Of a stretch of 64,000 bases of DNA, positions 1-19,484 are shown piece by piece. Position numbers and translations under genes: made by a program. Each line of letters begins with the position of its first letter. Positions within the stretch are counted from its first letter, which is position 1. The notes under the pieces were generated by a model. That model saw only the letters and a list, made by a program, of their open reading frames with translations. It did no database searches and was not told where the DNA came from. The stretch is from NCBI RefSeq assembly GCF_009914755.1, contig NC_060946.1. The stretch is one strand, 5' to 3'. The DNA is from the human T2T-CHM13v2.0 reference genome, Homo sapiens.

Positions 1-284
1 ATGTTATAATTGGTCCCCTAGTGGTCAAAGTTGAGGTGGGGGAGAGGTGGGGCGGGGACAGAACACAGGGAGAGGAGCTGCTGCATTTCAGCCCCCACCT
101 CACTGTGCACACGACTTCTGTGAGCGTGTTCAGTCCTTACAACCTAAAGGAGCTGGCACTGAAGGCTTCCATTTACATAGAGGAGGGACACGAGGGTGCA
201 TGTGTCCTGAAGCTCCACCACCACCCTTGGATTCACACCCGAAGGTTAGAAAGGTGCTATCTGCCAGTGCTGGGCCTGGGGAAA

Positions 285-770
<486 letters not shown>

Positions 771-1050
771 AGGCCAGGCATGCTGGCTCATACCTGTAAT
801 CCCAGCACTTTGGGAGGTTGAGGTGAGTGCATCTCTTGAGCTCAGGAGTTCAAGACCAGTCTGGGCAACATGGCATAACCTCATCTCTATCAAAAATACA
901 AAAATTAGCTGGGTGTGGTGGTGTGCGCCTGTGGTCCCAGCTACTCAGGAGGCTGAGGTGGAGGATTGCGGGAGCCCGGGAAGCAGAGGCAGTGAGCCAA
1001 GAGCTACACTCCAGCCTGGGTGACAGAGCAACTGTCTAAAAGAAAAAAGG
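771..1050 (+). mobile_element. Alu (J/S-type)
   Basis: ggccaggcatgctggctca...tccagcctggg followed by an A tail. Confidence 0.9.
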
Positions 1051-1069
1051 AGAAAATTGCATTTGGGAT

Positions 1070-1745
1070 ATACATATTACAGGTTAAATTGGGTCCCCCC
1101 GAATTCATATTGGAGTCCTAATTTTCAATACCTCAGAATGTGGCCTTAACTTGAAAACAGGGTCACTGCAGGTGTGATTAAGATGGGGTCTCAGCCGGGC
1201 GCGGTGGCTCATGCCTGTAATCCCAGCACTTTGGGAGGCCGAGGAGGGTGGATCACAAGGTCAGGAGATCAAGACCATCCTGGCTAACACAGTGAAACCC
1301 CGTCTCCACTAACAATACAAAAAATTAGCCGGGTGCAGTGGCGAGCGCCTGTAGTCCCAGCTCCTTGGGAGGTTGAGGCAGGGGAATGGCGTGAACCCAG
1401 GAGGCGGAGCTTGCAGTGAGCCAAGATCGTGCCACTGCACTCCCTCCTGGGCCACAGAGCAAGACTCTGTCTCAAAAAAAAAAAAAAAAAAAAAGATGGG
1501 GTCTCATTGGAGCAGGGTGGGACCCCATCCAATATGACTGATGTCCTTATGAAGTGGGAACTTGGCCACAGACGACACGCACACAGGCCCTCGAGGAAAG
1601 CGCCATGTGAAGGATGGAGTTCCGCTCCAGAAGCCAAGGAGTCACCAGGGGCTACGCAAGGGGCCAGACTCAGAGCCTCGCCGAGAGCCTGCAGGCGAGC
1701 ATGGTCTCCACTGCCTCCACTGTGAGATGTGAACACCTGTGCTGC
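1070..1745 (+). mobile_element. MaLR LTR (MLT1-like) interrupted by an AluY (1193-1492)
   Basis: MLT1-like motifs (cctcagaatgtggcctt, ccaatatgactgatgtccttat, gccatgtgaaggatggag). Alu TSD aagatggggtctc at 1180-1192 and 1493-1505. Confidence 0.75.
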
Positions 1746-2133
1746 AGTGGCCGCAGGGAGCCAGTCCCGAGGGTCACACCGTGATGTCTGTCTGCAAGGG
1801 CCCAGCTGCTCTTACTGAGGCCTTTCCAGCGCAGCCGCCTCTCCACATTAGAGAGGATCAGCCTGGGCACATGGCTTGTGGTAGAAGGCCCTGATCACAC
1901 CACAAACGCAGAGAGCGGCTTGTGATGCTCAGGTTTTCATGGCCACGTGGCTTCAGCCTCAGCAAGGAGGGCACCGGGCCCACGTCCGAGGGTTTACCTG
2001 GGGATGATCACAGTGAGGTGGGTGGCTCAACAGGACCTCACGGCGCTGGCCTGGGAGTGGTGGGCTCTGCAGGCCAGAGCTGTCTAGACGGGCAGTTTGC
2101 CTCTGGAGTCTTACATGTTCACTTCTTCCATAG

Positions 2134-4853
<2,720 letters not shown>

Positions 4854-5933
4854 TTACCTCCCCTCCGCCTCACACCCTTCCTCCAGCCTGTCCCCAAGCC
4901 CTCGAGCTCTTCCATTGCAAACTGCTGGCCCATCTGCACCTTACTTCCTCAGGAGATGCTGTCCACCTCAGCCTGATTGCCACACAGAGTAAACGAGCTG
5001 ATGTTTACAAAGTGTCAGTGACTCACAAGTGCTCACTAAACAGCTTTAAATAAAATGTGAACCTCCAAGTTCTGACCCCTGCTTACCACCTTCAACACTA
5101 TGGCTCTGGACTGCACCATTCCGAGAGCTCCTAAGGAGCCTGGCTGCCCCCACCTTGTCTTCCTCCAGCAGCCAGTAGGGCCTCTCAGACCTTCAGAGAG
5201 CACAAGTCCAAACCCCAACATGGCTCCTAGGCCCGGCGCCGCCAGGACCGCTCCTGCCGCTGTGCAGTCTGCTGCTACAGGCCTCTGTGCCTGCTCATTC
5301 CTCTGCCTAGCCCCTCCCTCACTTCCTATGGCCTCACCCTAATGCCATTTCTTGGGAAGCCTTCCCAGGCCACTCATCCCCAATTGCAACAGTGTCCCCA
5401 CAGCACTCAGCACTACCAAGGATGCTTTCCTTTATTTATTTATTTTTTTGAGATAGGGTCTCACTCTGTCATCCAGGTTGGAGTGCAGTAGCATAATCCT
5501 AGCTTACTGCAGCCTCCACCTCCCAGGCTCAAGCAATCCTCCCACTTCAGCCTCCCCAGGTAGCTGGGACCACAGGCTGAGCCTCCGAGGCTGGCCTGTC
5601 TTCCCCAAGCATTCTAGGATCCAAGAGCTCACGGACCACATCTTGTGCACCTTTCCCTCCATTGACAAACCCAGGGCTTGGAAAACCACACACACTCAAA
5701 TGCTCTGACACCTGAATGGAGAGCCAGCCCGTCTGCACCTCAGAGACATGGCATCTGTCCAAGGCAAAGGCCGCTGCCAGTTGGGGCTGGGATTCAAATG
5801 CTCTGGGCTCCTTTCAGCTGACCTGGAGGTGCGGCCTGCTGATCGAGAAGCACGGGATGGCCTGATTTCACAGCAGGGACCCTGCAGGAGGCAACTCATT
5901 GTTACCTTGGCCAGAAAGAGGAGCTGAACATGA

Positions 5934-6284
<351 letters not shown>

Positions 6285-7111
6285 ATGGGGGCCGACATTT
6301 TCTTAAATCCACTGGTCAGCGGCATTAGGGGAGGCCACCTGGCTCAGAAAGTGTCTGGGCACAGGGACAGGTGAGCGCTCCTCAGCCATCTGCCCAGGGC
6401 ACGGTTCTTGGTAGCACCAGGCGCACTGAGAAAGACACCTGGGCCCTGCTGGTGGCCCAGCCTCTTACACTGCCACCAAGGCCCTCCAGCCTCCCGTCTG
6501 GTCTCCACAGCACAGAGGCTAGCCTTTGCGTGGGAAAGGACGCAGCCTGGCACTGCAGGGAGAGGCCTCGGCTGCTGCACCCCTGGCCAGTTCTGGCCTC
6601 CTAGGGAGCCTGCAGCCCTGCCTGCCTTTCCCAACCCTGGTCCCCATGTGGCCCCTTGATGACTTCTTCCTTCAGCATGGGGTCTGTGCAGCTTCCTGCT
6701 CTGTGGGGGGCTTCCTGCCACCTCCCCGTTGGCTCTTTCCGCCCCAGCCTGGAGCAGTGGAAAGGGTAAGTCCGGCCTGTGCCGCGTGGGTGGACAGATG
6801 AATGCGGCCCAGGCCAGGGGGCTGCAAGACCAAGTCCCAGCCACCCAAGCCTAGGGCTTACACGTGTCCACACACTCTTACGCGATTGTGGAAAGGTGAT
6901 CAGTATGGATGCTGCACACTACCTTACAGCACGGTGGAGGCAGGGGCAGCATCCTGCCACTGGCAAAAGTAACATTTTACAGCACAACACCAGGGACCTT
7001 TAATGACACAGTCTGATTTTACCCAGGTCATTTCGAGAAAAAGCCTTTCACAAGCTTCCTTCTACATTTGCTGTGCAACTTAGTGAATGTCCTTTACAAA
7101 GTCCTATTGGA

Positions 7112-9929
<2,818 letters not shown>

Positions 9930-10893
9930 AGATCAAACTACACATTTTACAAGTATTTGGTGGATATAAATTAGGGAGAAGAGAGTATAAATGAACTAAA
10001 ATCCTTATTGATAATAAGTCCAGACTCCAAAATGGAATAAGACAGCAGTGTAAGAATACTACTTAGACACATAGAGATAAATGCAGAAGAAAGTGCTAAA
10101 ATAATTCAAAGTGATTGGCTGTATAGTATGGGATGGAGTTGGGGAGATAAACTATTTTTGTTTTAAGCCTTTTTGAGAACCATTTAATTACTTAAATTCT
10201 ATTCAGGAATTACTTTGATAAAGCCAAAAAATCATTTTAAAGCAACTGAACAGAACTCACCAAGACTTAGAGTAGCTGCGCTCAAGTTCTTCTGGAGTCT
10301 GGGGTCACTGGGTTCATCTCCGGCTGCCAGGAGCCACCAGATGTCTGCAGTCCATGCCAGAGGTCTAAAGTGGCAATCACCCTCCACCCCTGCTCCTCCT
10401 CCTAGGTCTTCACACGAGGATCCCCATTCCGGGTGGTCCCTGGGGATTAACATTACCCCTTTTCCTTCCTCCCTCCCCTCCCCTCAGGCCAAGCACCAGG
10501 AAGCAGCAGTGGGCAGAAGGGAGCAGCCCTCGCCTTGCCCCAGCCCTTCCTCAGTCCCAACTGAGCCACTCCAATGAGGGGTCCCAGGCACTGGGCAGCC
10601 ATCCTCCTCTCCCCAGTCACCAGGTCCATGCTGCTGTAACTGCACACACATCGCTGCTTCCCAGACAGCCTCAGCTAACTCAGGCCAACACTGCCCAAGA
10701 GGATGCTGACCCCAAAGTGCTAGTTCCCTGGCACGGTGCACACCCCCAGGACCCACCAAGCACCACTGAACAGTGGCAGGCAGATGCCCATCCCAGACCC
10801 CACCCTTCTAAGACTTAGAAGCCGTGTCACTTTGCTAGAGAGAACAGCCAAAGCAGAATATGGAGGTCCCACACCAGAGTTTTCAATCAAGCT

Positions 10894-10899
10894 TTTAAT
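10894..10899 (-). terminator. HIC2: Polyadenylation signal ATTAAA of HIC2
   Basis: Plus-strand tttaat = minus-strand ATTAAA, at the end of a U-rich terminal UTR block and followed by GU-containing sequence. Confidence 0.7.
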
Positions 10900-13800
10900 G
10901 AAAAGATCATAAAATAACAGTTTCTTATCGCTGTACATTTAAGACTGCACACTTCTGAATGGAGAGATCAGTCGTTGGTGAATTGCTTTTCTATGACACT
11001 GGGCAGCTGTGTAGCTGCAGCTCTGACCTGAATTTATACAAACTCTCAAGGGACATGAACTCAATGTGACAAGTGACAGCGGCGGTGGCCAGTACAGGAG
11101 TGCGATCCCGGTGTCCCTCCCCCCTTCTGGGAAGGGCATAAAACAAAACATGATCCCTCTTCCAGTTCCAATTAAACAAAACAGCTATAACCCCATCCCT
11201 CCCCCCTCCCCTTCGAGGTATTTGCGAGAAATGAGCCAGTGCCCAACCTGGGTCCCCCCCGGGGTGGGAGAGGGCAGAGGGAAGCTAGTGATGGGTGGGG
11301 TAGAGAGGCTCCCCTCAGCACCTGGCCCCACGGGGCCCGCCAAGTGGAGGGTGGGAGCCCTGGGGATCCTCCCTGCCCCAGTGAGGTCTGTTATGCAGCA
11401 TTTTTGAGGTCAATAAATTACAGCAATAAATAGCAAGGTGAGGTAGGGGGAGGGGGTCCTGGTAGAAAGTTAAAGTGGGGTGACTGAAGCCGGGGCATCC
11501 TAGGAAGGGGGTCCTGGGCAGCCTCAGTTCCCACCGCTCATGCCCACCCCCACCCCGGCGTGGAATGTCAGACTGAGGCTCCAGTTAGGTCCCTCCCCAG
11601 CCCTCACTCCTGGCGTCTGATTCACAGGTTCAGTAACATCTGCCCCAACGGGGTTCTGGGAAATAGGAGGACCTTGGTCCCTTTAGGGGGCATGCCAGGG
11701 CTGAGAGCCCTTGTCTGCTCTAAGGCCTAGCACCTTTGGCTTTTGTCCCCCACGCCTGGGGGTGGACGGATGCAGCCTCCTGCTCCCTGAGCCCTGCCCT
11801 CCGGCTGCCCAGGCCTCACCCCAACTCAGGATGGCCGCAGGAGGGCAGGGGGTCAGCCTGCCCAGCGGCCCAGCCCGGATCGCACTCCTGCACAGGGCCT
11901 GAGGTCCAGTGAATACTGACGGATTTTGGGAGTGGGTGGGCGGCCCGGTGCCCCCGAGTGGTGATGAACGGTAAACACACAGGGCTGCCTGAGGTGGGGA
12001 AAGTTGGTGAGGGTCCGGATCGTTCATTTCACAGGCTGAGGTGTATGGCTATGCTGCGAGTCTCTGAGATTCTTATTTGCTTAAAGGTTCATCTTTTCTC
12101 TTCCTTTTTTTTTGCAATCCTGGAGGAGCCCTTGCTGGGGCTCGGTCCGGCGGGAGCATGCAGTGGCGGAGCCCGGCCTGCCACCCGCTCACTCGCCCCA
12201 AGTCTGAGAAATAAATACATTCATCACTGCACAAACATATTGATACAAAAACAACACTGTTAAGAGTGTTTGCACCGTCTATGTTGGTAAGGACCAGACC
12301 CAGTCAGCCCCTTCCGCTGCCTGGGGTGGGGTTAGGGGGCCCCAGGAGTGGGGACCCACCAGAGTCGACAGAGCTGCGCAAAGGTCCCGGCTTTTTGGCT
12401 TGAGTGGGACCCTCGCATCAACCCATCCCCAAGGGTCACGGGCAGAGCAGCAGGGGGACCCAAGCCCAGACTCGGGTCCTGTGGCCAGAACTGACGGCCA
12501 TCCCCGCGTAGGCTAGCTGGTCAGGACCAGCATGGTCCGGCCAGAGGGCCTTGGGGGCTGGTCAGCACGGGCCCAAGCTCTTTGGTGCCAGCTGGGCTTG
12601 GAGGGGCCCTGGGAATGGGGACGAGGGCTCAGGTGACTCCAGGGAGGCTTCCAATCCCTCCCCCAGCCCCAGGGCTACCCTTCTCTGCCCGTGAGCCACT
12701 CCAGGGCCAACTCAGAAGGGTTTCCAGCAGCAGGGGAGGGTTCCCTGGACTGGCCTTACAGCTGCTGAGGTCTGAAACTGTAAAAGCTTATGTAAACAAT
12801 GAGATAAATATATTAGCATCTTTTTTCTGAGCCCATGGAGGTTCCATACTCATTCAAAATGTGCTTTGGTTTAAAAAATAGGCTTTGTGAATTTGGGTAT
12901 GAGCTTATTTTTTTTTCTTTTTTCTTTGTTTATCCTCTCTTTCCTACATGATATCTGCTATTTTCTGATTCCTGTTTCTCTGAAACATTCAGGAATTAAG
13001 TGACGAACGCAGAGAACTGTAAGCCGCCTTGGCCTCCAATAACCCAGTTTCCTTGTGAGGCTCTTAACATCTCCACACACACACACTCGCACACACCTGA
13101 TGTGGAAATCAAAGGAAAAAGAAAACAAAGCCAAATGTTGTGTTAATCCCGCCCCGCCCCACAAACCCTTAAAGTCTTAAATAGGAAACTAGTGTTCTGC
13201 TTTCTCATTAAAACACAGAAAAGGCTCGATACAATACTAAGGTGGATACAATACTATGTCGCACAAACGTCGTTGAGTGAGGGGCCTCTGCTCCCAGTCC
13301 CTGAAGTTCTGCAAAGGAATCACCTACTTTCACGAGTCACCTCACAGATGCGGCTGCCCACAGCCCGGGAGGCCATGCACACGGCCAGGCGCGTGAACAT
13401 TTCCCGTGCGGTACAGACTTTGTGTCATGTGGCTTAAGTGCTGATGGGGCGGGGTGGCGTCAGGACGGCAGGAGCCCCCTCACTGAGTATGGGTGAAGTC
13501 CATGGGTCTCCTCCCCCCAGGTCCCTAGCCTGACTTGCTGGAACCTGAGACCCAGGGTCCAGTCCTCTGTCTCCCACCAGGAGGGAAGAGGGGCCATCTT
13601 AGGCTGGGATCACCACAGGGAGGGCTCAGCCAGGAGCCTCATCTACCCAAGCTCCCTCACCCCCAAAAGACGCCGCTCACCACTTGGGTCCCTGAACTCA
13701 GGCTCTGTTTTTAGCTGGAGGGTCTCTAGAGGGGTGGGGGTAGGGGATGACTCTGTATTTTTTTGGTCTAAACTTAAAATAGAATGAAAAGAGAGAGAAA

Positions 13801-14512
13801 AAAAAATGGTGAAGCAAGATGACAATAAAGGCTGCCAGCCCAGCCCCACAGCTTCAGCTGGCTGAAGACAGTGGGACTGAGATCAGCAACCTTGGTCTGA
13901 CCTTGAGAGCCCACTTCAGGGCCCACAGAAGTATCTGAGGCTGGCTAATTACCAAGATGAGGGGCGAGAGGTGGGCCCCGAGACAGTGGCCGGGGGCCAG
14001 GACTGCTCAGGGAAGTGCCATCCCTGTTCCCCGGGGGGCCCTGTGGTCAGCTCTCTCAAGCTTAAAACTCTTGCAGGAATGGAGGATAGGAGTGGCAGGA
14101 TGAGGGCTCACTTCCGCCTCACCCTGGCCGGGAGCTGCAAAGACCTGCCACCCTCCTCATGGTTCCCCTGTCAGCACCCAGTGCCTGGCTCCAGGCTGGG
14201 GCCTCACACCCCTCACCTATACCACAGAGGTTTGTGTGCCCGGGGTGCCAGGGTCCCCTCGAGGTGGATGTGGCCAAAGGCTCAAAGGGAAAACCCACAG
14301 GTGAGCTGCAGGCACTGGGCCACTTGGCGCCCTGCTGGCTCCTGCACACGACTTCCTAGGTGCTAAGCGAAGGAAAACAAGAGTGTCAAGGGCTTCCACT
14401 GCCAGTCACCAACATATCGTTGTCATGAATTCAAGAGGTAGCAAAAGGTCAGAAGTCTCCACCTTGTTCAGCGAGGAAGGAGGGAAAGCGAAACATCTGC
14501 CCATGCATACGG

Positions 14513-14572
14513 CACACACCACACATAGACACACACATACGCACATACACACACACACACGCACGCACACAC
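14513..14572 (+). repeat. Imperfect (CA)n microsatellite in the HIC2 3'UTR
   Basis: cacacaccacacatagacacacacatacgcacatacacacacacacgcacgcacacac. Confidence 0.85.
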
Positions 14573-15598
14573 AAATGAAAACAAGAGTACCGACGGCCCC
14601 GGCATTGAGTCTAGCCTCCCCCCACCCCCCGGAACCCCAGACCTTCCAGTTCAAACAGTCACATAAACGTTACACTGGTTTTTCTCTTAATAAAAAACAA
14701 GTACCTCTAAACAAAGAATATTCCTTGGAAACTACAGGAAAAGCACTCTCCCCTGAGGCAGCCGAGGCAGGGCTCAGGGACCAGGGAAGCCTTTGGGCAA
14801 GAAGGGCTTCTGGGGCCTGGAGAGGTGGCGCGCCGACACCCCTGCAGCGCCAGAGCCGGGGGACGCGCAGGAGTGCCAGCGGCCCCTGTTACATTCAGTC
14901 TTCAGACCCAGGCTCAGCCCCGGAGGGGGCGGAAAGAAAATAAGCTATTGTCTGTTTTGGTTTAAAAAACAAAAATCAAAAAGAAAAACAGAGGAACAGA
15001 TCAGTAGGAATAACAGCAACACAGGCCCAGAGGGCTCTTTAGTTGTAGAGAGGTAGGCGGTGGGGTCACCCTGACTGTCCCAGCGCCAGTGAACAGTGCC
15101 ACCCTGGCTCAAGGAGGGAGGGATCTGCACCCCCAGCACCTGTTCCCTGCAGAACCAGGGCTGCACGCGCCCGCACAGACACAAGCACACGTGCACACAC
15201 ACAGACACGGCCAGCGGGGTGAGGCCTGCTCCCGACACCACCCTGGCCGTGGCCAGCGTCCCACTGCCCTTTCTCCAAGCCGCCTGCAACAAAGGGACCA
15301 GGTCCCAGCGAGACCCACGTGACCCAGCCCACAGGCCCTGCGGTGGCCCCCGCGGGGAGCTGGGGGCCTGGGTGGGATGGGGAGGTAGACGGGCTGGGAC
15401 CCCTGGCTTCCCTCCTCTCGGCTCTGCTTGGTACGGACTGTCCATTAAAGCTCTGGGTGTGGGCAGTGGGGGCCAGAGGGGCCACCCGGAGCCTCCACTG
15501 GACCCAGGGTCTTGCCCCTGCTGCTGCATCACCTCGCTTCTCCTTCCATGGGTTCCCGGGGAGCAAGGTGGCAGAGGGCGCCCGCGGGTCTTTGGCTT

Positions 15599-17420
15599 CT
15601 AGGAGGGGGAGGTGTGCATGCGCAGGTGGCTGATGAGGTTGCGCTGCTGGGTGAACTTGCCCCCGCACAGCTGGCACTCGTAAGGTTTCTCGCCCGAGTG
15701 CACACGCATGTGCTCCGTGAGGCGGTACTGACGGGTGAAGCGCATGCCACACTCATCGCAGGCGAAGGGCTTCAGGCCCAGGTGGCTCCGCATGTGACGC
15801 GTCATGGTGCCGCGCTGCGTGAACATTTTGCCACAGATGTTGCAGGGGAAGGGCCGTGTCAGCCAGTGCGTCTTCTCGTGCTGCCGCAGCGTGGCTGGGT
15901 CCTTGTAGGTCTTCTCGCAGACCGAACACTTGAAGGGCCGGGGCTCAGCCGTGTAGGCCGCACTGGGTGCTGACAGGTCCTCGGCCTCCTCCTCGGCACC
16001 CCCACTGCCTGTCTCGTAGGCCCCCTCTTCCTTGATGAACAGCTCTTCCTCCGTGTGAGTCTCCACGTGCGCATTGAGCTGCTCAGAGCTGGGGAAGCCC
16101 TTGGCGCAGGGAATGCACACATACAAGTTGTCCCCGTAGGACACCGTCTCGTAGCCCTCCTGCCGGTACATGTAGTGGGCGCTGGCGTGGCCGCTGCCCC
16201 CCTCGCTCCCGCTCTGCGCACTGTCTTCACTTGCATCCTTGCCGTTCTCCTCCTCCTCCTTGCAGGGGTAGGGGGGCTCCCCATAGGGCCCGCTAGGGCC
16301 AGCCCCACTAGCCAGGATGCCATTGGGAACCCTGTCCCCGACCCCCTCACCCTCCTCTCCCAGGCAGGGACCCTTGGGCCCTGCTTCTCTCCGCTCAAAG
16401 GGGGAGCCAGCCACAGGCTCCTTCTTGCCCCACTCCTTCTTCCGAGTGGAGTGCCGGAGGCTCTTCCGAGGCTGCCCACCAGGCGCCTCCAGCAGGCTCA
16501 GGTGGTTGTCCTCGGCCCCCTCCAGATCCATGGGCTCATCAGGGGTGCCCCCCAGCTCAGAATAAGAGGCACTGTTGGCAACGGGAGGGGCAGAGGCCGC
16601 AGGGGGCGAGCCATGTTGGCTGTCGCTCAGCTGGGCTGCGTCATCGGGAGTGAGGTGGGGACCTGGGGTGGCAGGGGGCAAGGGTGGGCTTTTCTTGGAC
16701 AGGTCCAAGCCCAGCTCCTGCTCGCAGCCCCCGCTGCTCCCGTTGGTGCTGCTGCTGCAGCCCCCCAGACCCGCCTCCCCGCCAGCTGGGCAGACAGCCC
16801 GGCCCAGACCTTGCACGCTATCCTGGTTAGAGCCACCAAGAAAGAGTTCATCGTCTGAGCCTTTGGCTTGGGGGAGCTCCTGGGGGGCGTGGGCCCCCTT
16901 GCGCCCATCCACGAGCCCCTGATACCGAGCTTGGATGACAGAGGCCGTGGACAGCCGCTGGCTGCGGGGGGGCCGCCCCATGCCAGTGGACCCCGCCCTC
17001 CCAGAGCCAAAGGGCTTGCCGGCTCGCTTGAGTTTGCGGCGGCAGAGGGCTGCCAACTCGGGCAGCTGGAGGTAGCTGGCGGCAGTGAGGAGGGTGCTGA
17101 AGTTGGGCTCGGCTGGCTGGTCGCTGGGCAGCAGCTTGCCTGTGTAGATGAAGTCCAAGATCTGCTGGAACACTGTGGAGCTGACCATGTCTGTGTCCAG
17201 GTTGATGAGGTTGTCGTGCAGGACCAGGGACTTGAAATAGATGCTGCTGGCGGCTAGGACGTTCTTGTGGGCCCGGAAGATGGAGTTCTCCACCATGATG
17301 ATGACGTCACACAGGAAGCCCTTGGTCCTCTGCTGGTTCAGCTGCAGCAGGAGCTGCTTCGAGTGGCTGGGCAGCTCCATGTCGGGCCCCATGTCCCCGC
17401 GCCCTGCCCACGCGCACCAC
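15599..17420 (-). CDS. HIC2: HIC2 coding part of exon 3: BTB/POZ domain, GLDLSKK CtBP-binding motif, one isolated plus four clustered C2H2 zinc fingers
   Basis: The 635-aa ORF track contains QLNQQRTKGFLCDVIIMVENSIFRAHKNVLAASS (BTB), GLDLSKK (16691-16711), C-x2-C...H-x3-H fingers with HSGEKPY/HLGLKPF linkers, and ends RMHTSPS-TAG (15599-15601). The acceptor ttgcccacag|G lies at 17421/17420, so the ORF-track portion 17421-17506 is intronic. Confidence 0.98.
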
Positions 17421-19484
17421 CTGTGGGCAAGAACAGGCACGCATGCGTCAGATGACTGGCACACTCGGACCAGGGCTCTGGGGCAGGGTGGGGCTCGACG
17501 AGGCAAAGGGCCTCAGAACTGACCCCACATAGGGCAGGAGCCCCTGCGGCACAGTACACGGCACATAAGCCCACAATGCCCACCACATGCAGGCGCAGTA
17601 CACGTGTCACCTCACTGAGGACTCAAACTGAGAAGGGACAGAGGCCCCTGCCCCATTTGCACTAATGAGAAAATGGAGGTGGAGGGTGATGAGGGGACAA
17701 ATAGAGAAACTGGGATTTGCATTTGGTTTCACAGCCCGGGCTACTGTCTCTACACTAAATGAAGTCAACCCTCAGGGACCAGAAGGGGACCCAAAAATGA
17801 CCAGATGGCTTTAAACTTCGGGAAGCAGAGGACTCCGTGAGAGGAGCTTGTCTTGAAAGCTGGCAAAAATCCCCCAAAACTAAATGGTGGTTCCTTTTGA
17901 AATACGGCAAGGCCCAAATCAAACTGCCAGCAGTCATGTTGCTGCCTCCCAGATGCTGCAGTCAGCCTGCAGCCAGCCCTGCCTCTCCCCAAGGCCCTGG
18001 GCTGCCTCGCACTCTGGGCGGGCGCCAAGTGCTGCCCCAGCCTGGGCTTCCAGCTGCCAAGGAGGAAAGGTAGCTTAGGCCAAGCACCTGGCACCACCTG
18101 AACCCTCCGTCCTCTCTAGGAAGGGCAGCACCATCTGGGCCTAGGAAAGGTGGACAGCTGGCCTCCATCACACAGAATGGCACAGGCACTAACTGAGATC
18201 AGTAAGCAAGAAGCACACTGACGCCGCTGGTCTCTGCAGGAACTCTGACGGCCCAGGTGTGTTCCTGCTTATGCAGCAGCAAGACATGGGGTTCTGAGCG
18301 GGTGCTCCTCGCCACGCTTCCCATCCCCACTGAGCAGCCTCCTCTGCCATGGACCAGGCACCCCACAGTGGGAGTACAAGGGCATGGCAAATGGGTGCAC
18401 AGTGGGCACCAGATAGACGCCGGGGGGAGGAAGGAAATGTCCCTCCAAGGGCGGAGGCAAGGACTGTGGCCGGCGGTATAAAGAATGACTCTGGAAGGCT
18501 TTGAATGACTCAAAGCCATCCTCAGCCCTAAGCCCAACTCCCCAGTACAAAACGCAGTACTCCCAGCTCCATCCTCTCACCCCTACCAGAGTCCCTCAGA
18601 GAATGGCTCAGCAGGAGGGTGCTGGGGAAGGCATGCCAGTGTCCAGGTGGCCACCTGTGCCCCGGATAGGCTCACAGGCTTCCACAGGGCAGGGGGCCAG
18701 TGAAAACATGAACTTTCCTCATGGCTGACGGACAACCGAGCAGCGGGGCCCACAGGCAGCTCTGAGCCTCGCAGTTCAGGGTCCAGTCTCTCAGCAGCTG
18801 AACTACTCTGAGCCCACCGCCCTCTGGGATCTACTGCCCCTCCCAGAGTGTCCAGCCCTGCCTCCCAGAGCAGAGGCCTGGAAAGGGTCCCACCCTACCC
18901 AACCTTCTCATGACAGAAACTCTCCCCAGCCTCATGCCTACCCTTGTTTGCAAAGACAAAGAAAAACCCTAACATTCACAGGCCCCTGAAGGTGCCAGAG
19001 CTCAATGTGAACACGCAAGGGTGCAACACAGCCTGGAACACCGCTGGCACTCAGAGCCTAACAGCAAGAGGCAGCAAGCACCCGCCAGCGGCTCTCTGCC
19101 TAGCAGCCCAGCCCACAGCAGTTCAGGAGGGTGCTCATGGGCTGGAGACTTCGTGAACCAATCCTCCTCCACTCCCTGCCCGCCTCAACCCACCAGGCAG
19201 GGACAAAGAGCCCCCAAGGTGTGGCTTCCACACTTGGCCCCAGTAACCTAGCCCCCAGAAAACATCAGTGCCGGCTCTGCCAGCACCCAGACACCTGGTA
19301 CCCCGAGACTGGCAAGGGGACTGGAAGAGGGCAGTGGCCTCCAGGCTCCCTCCACACTGCCCAGTGCTGTGTGCACACAAAGGACCACGGGTCAGACAGA
19401 TAGAGGCCGAGCTGTGGGGCTGTGTGCCACCCAGAAACTCCGGGGAAAGGGGCCAGTGGCGGTCCCCCCTCCCCTGCGCCTCAC

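Larger units (their letters stand above)
10875..15598 (-). other. HIC2: HIC2 long 3'UTR (~4.7 kb, Alu-free)
   Basis: Continuous unique sequence from the stop codon to an ATTAAA signal, with several U-rich blocks and miRNA seed matches. The 3' end is approximate. Confidence 0.8.

Noticed and set aside
11412-11430. Tandem plus-strand AATAAA hexamers
   Set aside because: Antisense to HIC2 and no plus-strand gene is evident; more simply U-rich 3'UTR sequence.
17421-17506. N-terminal extension MPRRAPPCPRAL... of the 635-aa ORF
   Set aside because: It lies upstream of the exon 3 acceptor (intron 2) and has no ATG start; the real N-terminus comes from exon 2.
15512-17522. Long plus-strand and alternate-frame ORFs (e.g. 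267 aa at 16055-16858, 206 aa at 15859-16479)
   Set aside because: Shadow ORFs of a GC-rich coding exon, with no recognisable domains.
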